Of a stretch of DNA of 36,563 nt, positions 22,668 to 32,444 are shown in pieces. Source of the stretch: Protoeuglena noctilucae (lineage: Eukaryota); contig OY253677.1 in NCBI GenBank assembly GCA_958009085.1, positions 992,001 to 1,028,563 on the forward strand. The letters run 5' to 3'. A program made the position numbers and the translations under genes. The notes beneath the pieces are model-generated. The model saw nothing but the letters and a program-made list of their open reading frames with translations, had not been told where the DNA came from and searched no databases. How positions within the stretch are numbered: position 1 is the first letter of the stretch; each line of letters begins with the position of its first letter.

Positions 22668-23238
22668 CACCCAGGTTGTCGTTCCAGCTTGTCGCTCCGC
22701 AGCCTTTCCGTGTCCCTCCTGCATGACGGGTGATAGCTGCCTGGATATAGGACCCATCTTCAAGGCCCATCCGCCCATCGGTCGAAACAGCAGACTGGCG
22801 CCAGAAGCAGCCGGTGGCAGGCTTGGCTAAAAGCACCGGCACAATTGCGATTAAACAGCTGCCTCGCGACCAGGCTCGCCTCCGTGCATCGGATCCGCGT
22901 CAAGAAACACCAGGCGCCGGCGAAAAGGGCAGCCCGTGCACAGCCGTTCCGGTCGCACTACGTTACTTTTCTGGCGGGTGATCTTGCCGCAGCGGCACTG
23001 TCCGGCCAGGCCAGGTCCGGCCTCCATTCCAGCCACAAACCAGCGCCACAAGTCCTCGCAGCCACCGCGCGAGCGCGCCCGGTTTGGGTTAGGCCCGGTA
23101 CGCCGCCTGTCGTTTGTGGACGTCATAAACGTCTGCCTTGTTGCGCCGGTCGCAGGGTTGGGTGTCTCCGCGCGGGCATGGCGGTGCAGGCACAACACGC
23201 ACCGCAATCTGCGCTTGCAATCGCGCGAGGGCGCGACG

Positions 23239-25346
23239 ATGAGCGGCGACGAGCCGGAGCGCCCGGGAGCTTCTATGGCAGGGGATGGCGTCGTCTCGGG
23301 GCGGGATGGTGCCGGCGCGGAGGATCGCGGGGGCGTCAGGGCACTCCCTGTGGACGGCCCGGCCAGCCACGGCGCGCATCCTCGGATGGACGACGACGGG
23401 GAGGAGGACGAGCCGGGCCATCTCTCATCAGACGCCGATTCCATGGGCAAGTCGCGAACGGCGCCGCTCTCGCTGGGACCGCGTTCTACGCTGGCCACCC
23501 ACCGTCCCTCTCCCCGCCCTAGCTGACTCGCTGGCCCTTGTCCCCGCGCGCCCAGACTCGAGCGAGGAGGAGGAGATGGTGGCGTCGCCGCTGCGCGTGC
23601 TGCTGGTGGAGGACGACCCGCTGACCACCAAGGTCGTGCGGGCGCTGCTGCGGGCGTGCGGGTACGAGGTCCTGCTGGCCAGCAACGGGAGGCAGGCCAT
23701 GGGTGAGGCCGGGGATGCGCTAGGACCGGCACCGCGGGTGTCTTCAGAGCACCCCGCCGCCCCACACAGTGCAGCACCATACGCGACCCGTCCCTCTGCC
23801 CCGCACAGATGTGATTGACCGCGAGGGTGGCAACGTGGACGTGGTGCTGACGGACGTGCTGATGCCGGAGATTTCGGGGTTCGAGCTCCTGATCAACCTC
23901 ATCCAGCAGCCCCAGTACGCCCACATCGCCATCATCCTGATGTCGTCCTCGTCCTCCCAGGCGAGCTGAGCTGGGCATGAAGCAGGGGCGCGCAGCGACG
24001 TGGTCAGGACTGTGGATGGTTTGACTGTGGATGGTCTGTAACTCGCCCCCCACTGCCCGCCCTGCCCCAGGACATGGTGATGCGTGCGCACGAGGCAGGC
24101 GCCGCGGACTTCCTCTGCAAGCCCGTGAGCCGCGAGGCGGTGCTGGAGCTGCGGCGGCACGCCCACGCGCACCGGGACACGGGGCGGAGTCGCGAGCCGT
24201 CGGACGGGGCGGCGGGGGCACGGGGAGCGGGGTCGCCCGTGGCTGAGGGGGCGGGGAAGCGTGGGGAGGAGGCGGGGACGAGCAGCAGCCAGGGGACGGG
24301 TGAGATGGGCGGTGGCATCGCGCGAGCATGGGCTGCGTGCGGCATGGGGTGTGAGTGACGTGCGGCTTAGGGATGCTTTCGCATGCCATGATGTGGAAAT
24401 GGAATGTTGTGCTTGGTTGGCATTGCAGAGGGGCCACGGACGCGGCGGACGAGCATCCCTGGGCGGGAGAGCGGCGGCGCTGTGGAGGGCGCGCATGGGG
24501 CGGGGGAGGAGGGCGGACAGGCGGTGCAGAGGTGAGGGGGTGGCACGGGAACGGGAGAGGGGAGCAGTGTGCCTCTGGGATGGCAGCCATCGCAACAGGC
24601 GGCGATGATCCATATCGTCGCCTAACCGCAGGCTGCCTCGCGCACTGATGGAGCTGTCGATGATTGGGGCCGAGCGCGAGCGGCTGAGGCAGGCCGGCGG
24701 GGTCGACCCCAGCGCGCAGGCCTTCCCCCGGCCAGGCCCGCGGTCGGCCTTCCAGCCCTTTCAGTCTTTCCAGTCCTTCGCGGCGCTGGTGCCTCGCCCC
24801 GTGCCGCGCCCCTCCGCGGCTGAGCCACGGGGACCCGTGTCCCCTGGGGGGGCAGCCACGGGATCCCCAGGCGCATGGGGCGCGGAAGACGAGGGCGCGC
24901 TGTCGCGGGAGGGCGCACTGGCGCTGACGGACCTGGGGCGAGGCGCTGCGCCTGCGGACGGGGCCGGCATGGCGGCAGAGGCGCAGCACTTCTTTGCAGC
25001 GGTGAGGCATCTTGACGTGGGGAGGCGTCGCGGGTGGCTGCGAGCCCGGGCGTTCTCGCGCTGAGTCCCTTTGCCTACTCCCCCGCCTCAGTTCCAAGAG
25101 GCGCTCAAGCAGGGCCGCGTGCTGAGCCCCGGCGGGCGGCCGGCCAAGAGCGCGGCGGCCGCGGCAGCCCGGGCGGCGGCCCTGTCTCGCTTCCGCGAAA
25201 AGCGCAAGAACCGCACGTTCCAGAAGAAGGTCCGGTACGAGTCTCGCAAGAAGCTGGCCGAGCAGCGCCCTCGCATCGGGGGGCAGTTCGTCAAGCAGGA
25301 GGTGGCCGCGGCGCTGGCTGCGGTGGAGCTGGCCGCTGGGAAGTGA
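23239..25346 (+). CDS. TOC1/PRR-like clock response regulator (receiver + CCT), 487 aa, 7 exons
   Basis: Exons 23239-23446 (GC donor), 23556-23702, 23809-23960 (GC donor), 24071-24299, 24429-24531, 24632-25001, 25092-25346. [78 protein letters not shown]. Confidence 0.92.
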
Positions 25347-25656
25347 CGCCATCAGCATGCTCACTCATCGGACTCCTTTGTGTCTTTCTGTGCGGATGAC
25401 CCGGATGTGTCGGACCGATGTTCTTTTGCCAGTCGGAGCGCAATGTGCTGTGGTTTCGTTGAAAGACATCTGACGCCCTGGCGCGGCCTGCACACTACTG
25501 CGCAAACCCAGCGTGGCTGTCAGCCGTTCCACGTACAAATTTGCGCGTTTGAGCTGAAGTTGGAGCCAAACATCGGGGTCGCTGCATACTCCGTGGGACG
25601 CTAGATCGAGACGCCATATCATGGTAGGATAGTCTAACCCAAATCTTCAAGCGCAG

Positions 25657-27530
25657 ATGGACCGGGGCGCGGCCCCGCGCGTCCGCGCGCTTGCTGTGAC
25701 CTTCGCACTGCTCTCATGTCTCCTGAACGCGCTGGCGTTCCAGGCGAGTTCTTTTTGCATTCTGCGTGGCCCTTCAGCACATCTCAACATACAACGATCG
25801 CTGGCTGCCCTATCCAACCCCTCCTGACTTCACAAGCCCTTTCATGAGCCTCGTGCATTCGCAGCTCCCTCCATTCCCTCCCAAGGACTTCCTCTCGCAC
25901 GATGTGACTGCCTCGCCACCCCAGCCTGGTGAGGGACCTCTCCTCAGCCCAGGAAACACAGCTTCGCATCACCCACGCTTGTTACATGTACCCTTGCCCC
26001 GACCTGCGTCGCCGCAGCTGCATATATGCCCAACCCGCCACCTCGCCTCGTGGCCATCGGAGACCTGCACGGTGATCTGTCCGCGGCACTGGCGACCCTG
26101 GAGCTGGCCGGGGTGGTGGCGCCTGGCCACGGGGGCCGCATCGACCGCACCGTGTGGGCGGGTGGGGACACGCTCGTGGTGCAGATGGGGGACTTCACGG
26201 ACCGGGGACCCAGCGAGATTAAGGCGAGGGCACGTCGATGGGGTGATAGAGACGGTCATGGGGATCGCTGCCTGGTCAGTCGGACCGACGAACGCACGAC
26301 TCACTGTGATGTCATGCACCTAGCTTCCTCGTCCCTCTGCAGATTCTGCTGCTGATGCGGTGGTTGGCGTCCCAAGCGCGACGCGAGGGGGGCGACGTGG
26401 TCATGCTGCTGGGCAACCACGACGCCATGCAGGCGAGGGCAGCGGCCGCAGACCAGGGGCACGGAGGCATGCACCTCGCTTGATGTGGTGGCAGTCCGAG
26501 CCTGTGCCTGGCTTGTTTACCCACACCCCAGGTGGCGGGTGACTTCCGCTACGTCCACCGGATGGCCTACCAGGAGACCGCGGCCCTGCTGCCGGGGCTG
26601 ACGGACGAGCAGCGGAGCAGCCCCGAGGCCCTGCGGCAGGCGCGACGGATGCTGTGGGGCCCGGGGGCTCCCGTGGCGGCGGAGATGGCGTGGAACCCCA
26701 CGGTGCTGGTGGTGGGGGACACGCTGTTCGTGCACGGGGGCCTCTTGCCAGGCGAGGGGCGTGGATGGGGCGCAGTGGCTCGTGCCATGCAAAGGACACG
26801 CTGACTGCTCACGTCTATGCCACTTCTGGGCCTCAGGGCACCTGGACGGCCCGGGTCTCCAGGGCATGAACGACGACGTGGCTGCGTGGATGTGGGGCGC
26901 GCCGGTCGAGCGCCCCGCCCAGGGCCACGGCTCGCTGCCCTCCATCTACGCCGACTTAGAGGGCCCCTTCTGGCAGCGCCTGTACTCCAACCTGCCCAGC
27001 AACTTCGTGGCCAGCGAGGCGTGCCCCACGCTGCAGGAGACGCTGCAGAGGGTCAGGTGCGTCCGCTGCAGCACTGGGCTCACGTGGGTGCGAGGCGCCC
27101 CCTGCACTTGCGGCATCTGCGTTCTGGTATCTCCGTCTCGCAGCGACTCGTGGCCGGGGGAAGGTGGGCCTGTCGTCCGCCGCATCGTCATGGGCCACAC
27201 CCCTCAGGTGACGGCACAGGGGCCAGCAAGTGGGCCAGGCATGGTTTCCGGTGTGGCCCCTGGTGATTGTCGGGCGGCATCCCTCAGCGCACCCATCCCT
27301 CGCAGGTGGAGCTGACACCCGGGCTGTTTGGGTCGGGGGCGCGCCTGCTGGGCATCAACGCCGTCTGCGACGGGGCGGCGTGGCGCATCGACGCCGGCCT
27401 CAGCGCCGGCATGTTTGGCGCGGACCCGGAGGTGCTGGAGGTCACGTGGACGGACCGGGACGACGGGGGCGCGGCGTCGACGGTGCGCGTCATCCGGAGC
27501 GATGGTGGCAAGGGTAAGGACGAGCTGTAG
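25657..27530 (+). CDS. Shewanella-like (SLP/Shelph) PPP-family metallophosphatase with signal peptide and C-terminal KDEL, 384 aa, 8 exons
   Basis: Exons 25657-25743, 25886-25928, 26018-26223, 26343-26432, 26532-26751, 26837-27056, 27144-27207, 27306-27530. Motifs GDLHGD, GDFTDRG, GNHD, GDFRYV, FVHGG, GPFW.RLY, MGHTPQ, RIDAGLS. Confidence 0.9.
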
Positions 27531-28124
27531 CGGGCGGGTGCCAGGGTGTAACAGCCGGCCGCATTCAAGGACTGTGACTGCAGCGCGCGGGTGCCAGGGT
27601 CTGACAGGCGCACGCAAGGACTGTGCTGGGAAAGTAGGGCAGCCCGCGATCAATGCGATTTCGGGGCCCCTCAGAGCGCAATTGGTGGCAGCGAAAAAGA
27701 CTGCATGCGCCATGGCAAGGGGAAGGAAGCACAAGTAGGAGAAGCACGACAGCGATGGCAGGCGTGCGCTTGCCTGGGGTGGCAGGTTTCAGCGACGGGA
27801 CCTAGGCCACGCCGCCATGTTGCATAGCGCTCCGCAGCACACGATGGCTGCCGTTGCTGCGGTCGATGCCCGAGGGTCCCGCGCCGTCGTCCTGCGGGGG
27901 CTCCGCGGCCTTGCGCTTGCCCTGGCGGCCGTTGGTCGCGGCGCCAGCCTGAGGGGCGAGGCGGGGGGCGGCTGGCCCGGCCGCCGCAGCTCCGCCCGGC
28001 TGCTGTGCCTGCGCCCCGTCCACCGCCTCAAACAAGCCATCCAGCAAGCGCACGTGGGCTTCGGGCACGTGCAGGGGGCCTCTGAGCGGCTTGGTGGGGT
28101 CGAACTTGAGGGTGGAGAAGAAGA
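27238..28124 (+). repeat. Direct repeat copy 1 (~0.89 kb)
   Basis: Matches 31341-32239. Contains the SLP last intron end and last exon, the intergenic spacer, and the 3' 323 nt of the HSP70-like CDS. Confidence 0.95.
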
Positions 28125-31040
28125 TGAGGTTGGGCATCTGCACCTCCAGGTCGGGCGTGACCGTCACCCCTGCGCAGTCGTGCTGGTCAGGGAAAGCAAT
28201 GGAGATCCCCAGACCGGCGCCGGCGCCTTTCCTGGGCTTCGAAAGGACCTTGAACTGCGGTGATCCCGTCTTAAGTTTCTTTGCCGCTTTGATGATGGGC
28301 CACGCCTCAGGCACCGGCACGTTCTGCGGTCCACGGGCAGCGCAGCATGGAGCTTGGGTCAACATGCGACGCACTCGCTCCGCAGGGAGACCTCAGCAGC
28401 GAAACTATGCCTCACCAGCGTCGGTCCGAGGATGACGGTGTTTCCGTTCATTCCTGGCAGTCTCGCGCCTAGAATGAGCTCCACCTCCGCGCTTTCCCTC
28501 GACTCCATGGACTTGTCTTGAAGCGAGAAGTACTCGTTGCCGGCCGGTGTTTCCACAACCTGCGGGTGCATGCTAGTGCCTGGCGCTGAGAGGCCGGTCC
28601 GTGGACCGGCGCTTGCGCGTCCCAACCAAGCCTCCATGGCAGTGGGCGTCATCACCTCGTTCGCGTCCAGCCAATTGTAAGCGGCGGCGTTCTTGCTGAT
28701 GTCATGGTACTGCAGCCCGAGCTTAATTTCATCGGGCAGCCTGCCCATCTCGAGGCGCTTGGCCATGTTAATGAGCCCAGACAGGACCTGTTGAGGCGCG
28801 CAGATGTATGGTGAGGCATGCACTCAGTGATGGATGCGAGCGGAAGGTGGCTTTTTAAGAGCACCGGAAGACTCACCATGCTGCCTGCACCCATGCTGCC
28901 CTCCGTGAGGCGCGTGTTGCCCAGCTCCTCGCAGTATGCCCTCAACTCCTCCTGCAGGTTCCACGTCTTGAGGGCGCCACCCGACCCCACGACGAGGAGC
29001 TGGCACTTAGCGGGCACCTTGCTGCGGGGAGCCAGATAAGGCACAGGTTTACAAGCTGCTTCTGGCGAGAGGCACGGTGGCGTTGCTAGGTTGATCACGT
29101 ACCTGCGCGCGTTGCGCAGGAGGTCCTTGATGGCCGAGATAGGGCTTCCCATCTCGGTGGCATCCCCGTCCACGGTGTTGAGCTGCTCCCACAAGGCACT
29201 CGTGGGCACGCACAGCTCGGGCTCGTCGACGTCCTCGTCCTCCTGCTTCGCCCCGCTCATCTTGTTCGCCTGGATGACAGCCTCCTTGAGCGGACCCGTG
29301 AACTGCCTCAGGCTGATCTGGTAGTACTCAAGCTCCGGACGGAGATCTTTCTTGGCGTCATTCACCTCCTTTGCAGTCAGGTGGCGGCCGATCGCCAGAG
29401 CTGGCCCAGCTTGGAGCAGCCTCTCCCTCGCAATCTTGAGCAGCTTCTCCGTGACCACCGTCCCACTCATGGCCGTCGTGCTGGCGTAGCTGATGATGAA
29501 CAGCCCGCCCTTGGCGCACCTGGACAGGGCCCCGTCGGTCGTCCGGCCTCCGACGTCCAGCACAAACACATAGTTTCCCTTTCCGCACAGACCGAGCGCC
29601 GAAGGGGGCAGGGCCCAAGAGGTGGCGATCGCCTCGTTTGTGACGTGCACGTGGAGTGGGATGCTCTCCACCTGCAATGGCGTGAGAGGGACAGTGCTGC
29701 TGAGCACAAGAAGCTGACCTCCATGAGGTCTCTCCCCAACTCTAGACGTGCAGAACACGCACCAATTCCATGGCGTCGTCCTTGGCCTCAGATGCGCTGC
29801 CCGCGCCCTGGTCAGCAGTCTGAGGAAGGCACGAACTCAGCGCGTACCGGAGCGCACGCTTCACCGCCCTCCTGACCAGCTCGCAGACCATCGCCGACAG
29901 CTGGTCGTTGGTGTACTCTGCGTGCATGGCAGAATTTGATGACATTAGAAACACAAGTAGTTAACTGCAACTGGAGGGATCTGACTGGATGCCAGCCACG
30001 TCACAGAGCGCTCAACTGCAGCATAGCCCCGTCCCTGCGGTCAGTCCACGCACCGACGTCTTTGCGTGATGTGGGGCGCTTGAGGCTCCGCTCGTCGAAG
30101 CGCGGAAACGCCGCAAGGACAGCAATGCCCTCGCCCCGCATGGTTGCCAGCAGCTTGGCAAGAGAGGCCGGGCCGCCCGATCTGATGTCCTTTGCAATGC
30201 AGTCGTGCCACACGTGCCTCATAGCGGCGTACACGGTGTACTCATATTTCGCCACCAGCCTCTTGAGGTCATCGTCTTGCTCACTCGCATCCAACACCTC
30301 CATCCACGTGCTGTACCTCAGCCTCTCTGCCATATCTGCAGTAAGCAGTCCCGCCTTGGCATCGCGAATCACGTTGTTCTTGATCTCCCGCTTCTCCTCG
30401 TACCAGCATGTGACAGGATCGCCGCCGTTCATGTACCTGCAGGGGGCTAGGAGAAATGTCGTACCATTTCCCCTACACATAAACCAAGAGTTTCTGGCCC
30501 AGCGAGGCGCGCCCCAACCAAACCAGCTCACTTGTTGAAATCTTGCACGGGAAAACACGCCTGTCCTGTCACAATCAAGTTGCGCATTTCGTGCCGGGAC
30601 ATGACGGTGCCCTTGTGAATCTCTGAGCCCATGTCCAGCGTGAAGACCACACCTGAAGCATCCTACAGGCACCCGGGGAGGGGCATCAGCTTGGAGGCGT
30701 CGGCTGCAGTCTCCCGCATTTGACAGGCCGGCGCCATAAATAATCTCCGCATCGTGACTTATCCATTCGTTCCAACGATCGACATGGCCATAAACAAGGC
30801 GAGGGAGGACGAAGGTCGCGGCGATGCGCCCTAGCAGGGCAAGGGCATAGCTCAGCGTAGACCCAGCGTAGTGCTCACCAGGAGGCTCCCGCCCGACGCG
30901 GCCGCGGCCCCTTCCCCGCCCGGTGCCGCACCGCCCTCATCGACATCTCCCCGCTCCGTTCCACGGGTCCTCGCTCCAGGAGAGCGCCCACCCAGCCGCG
31001 CCGGGCGTCCGGAGTGTGCGCCTTGATACGAAGTACGCAT
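27802..31040 (-). CDS. Divergent HSP70/actin-like (ASKHA) ATPase-fold protein, ~780 aa, 9 exons
   Basis: Exons 31040-30879, 30662-30532, 30436-30054, 29917-29763, 29671-29103, 29021-28877, 28787-28656, 28559-28416, 28323-27802 join in frame (2343 nt). Phosphate-1 VVFTLDMGSEIHK, connect-1 VTNEAIATS, phosphate-2 VFVLDVGGRTTD and adenosine-like LLVVGSGG occur in the expected order. Confidence 0.75.
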
Positions 31041-31401
31041 CGCCGTCGCGATTGACCGGCGAAATAGGTAAATCAATCGCCACAATAAACACCCAACGTC
31101 GGGCGCCCTCTCGCCGAAGTACAATAGGGTGAAGCACGGTTAGGGCGGCTCGCGATTTTTTCGATTTGCGATGACTCGCCTCACTCACGACGCTGAAACC
31201 GACGCGTCCAGACTCCGGAAGAATGGCGAGGATTCCCCACGCGCCCAAGCTGTTAAAGCCAGGGCGAAGGTAATGCCCTCCGGTACTACCCCCAGGGTCG
31301 TCCCCGGTCAGACGCCTGGCTTCCTCCAACACGAGGGTCTGGCATGGTGTCCGGTGTGGTGACTGTCAGGCGGCATCCCTCAGCGCACCCATCCCTCGCA
31401 G

Positions 31402-31626
31402 GTGGAGCTGACACCCGGGCTGTTTGGGTCGGGGGCGCGCCTGCTGGGCATCAACGCCGTCTGCGACGGGGCGGCGTGGCGCATCGACGCCGGCCTCAGC
31501 GCCGGCATGTTTGGCGCGGACCCGGAGGTGCTGGAGGTCACGTGGACGGACCGGGACGACGGGGGCGCGGCGTCGACGGTGCGCGTCATCCGGAGCGATG
31601 GTGGCAAGGGTAAGGACGAGCTGTAG
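31402..31626 (+). pseudogene. Orphan duplicate of the SLP phosphatase terminal exon with intact acceptor
   Basis: Same as 27306-27530 (VELTPG...GKDEL*), preceded by ccctcgcag. Confidence 0.8.
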
Positions 31627-31916
31627 CGGGCGGGTGCCAGGGTGTAACAGCCGGCCGCATTCAAGGACTGTGACTGCAGCGCGCGGGTGCCAGGGTCTGA
31701 CAGGCGCACGCAAGGACTGTGCTGGAAAAGTGGGGTAGGGTTAGCCCTGGGGTAGCGCACGATCAATGCAATTCTCGAGGTACTCTGAAAGCGCGACTGT
31801 TGGCAGCGGAAGCGACTGCGTGCGCCATGGCAAGGGGAAGGAAGCACAAGTAGGAGAAGCACGACAGCGATGGCAGGCGTGCGCTTGCCTGGGGTGGCAG
31901 GTTTCAGCGACGGGAC

Positions 31917-32239
31917 CTAGGCCACGCCGCCATGTTGCATAGCGCTCCGCAGCACACGATGGCTGCCGTTGCTGCGGTGGATGCCCGAGGGTCCCGCGCC
32001 GTCGTCCTGCGGGGGCTCCGCGGCCTTGCGCTTGCCCTGGCGGCCGTTGGTCGCGGCGCCAGCCTGAGGGGCGAGGCGGGGGGCGGCTGGCCCGGCCGCC
32101 GCAGCTCCGCCCGGCTGCTGCGCCTGCGCCCCGTCCACCGCCTCAAACAAGCCATCCAGCAAGCGCACGTGGGCTTCGGGCACGTGCAGGGGGCCTCTGA
32201 GCGGCTTGGTGGGGTCGAACTTGAGGGTGGAGAAGAAGA
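31917..32239 (-). pseudogene. Duplicate 3' fragment of the HSP70-like gene
   Basis: FFSTLKFDPTKP...HGGVA* as in 27802-28124, with two substitutions seen; upstream homology stops abruptly at 32239. Confidence 0.8.
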
Positions 32240-32444
32240 CGCAGCCCTGGAGATGCTTTCGCATTTTGTGCCGCAGCGCCAGTAGGTCGTCCCCCTCCGC
32301 GACCCCATGCCTCCTCCGCGTCGATCGCCACCCCCGCGCTGATTCCGGCGACTGCTTTAGCCACTACGCGCCCGTTGATCTAGCGAAAGCGACGCGGGAA
32401 GGGAGGGTCTTTTTGGTTGGGAGGTGCGAGTGCGATCGGAGGTC

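Larger units (their letters stand above)
31341..32239 (+). repeat. Direct repeat copy 2 (~0.9 kb)
   Basis: Near-identical to 27238-28124 except for the first ~35 nt and a diverged patch at ~31725-31825. Confidence 0.95.

Noticed and set aside
22851..25364. 837-aa minus-strand ORF
   Set aside because: Antisense shadow of the PRR gene; Pro/Arg/Ala-rich with no motifs, as expected at this GC content.
27238..32239. LTR retrotransposon or DIRS element
   Set aside because: Repeats consist of host exons and lack TG...CA ends and a TSD; the interior has no gag, RT, integrase or recombinase motifs.
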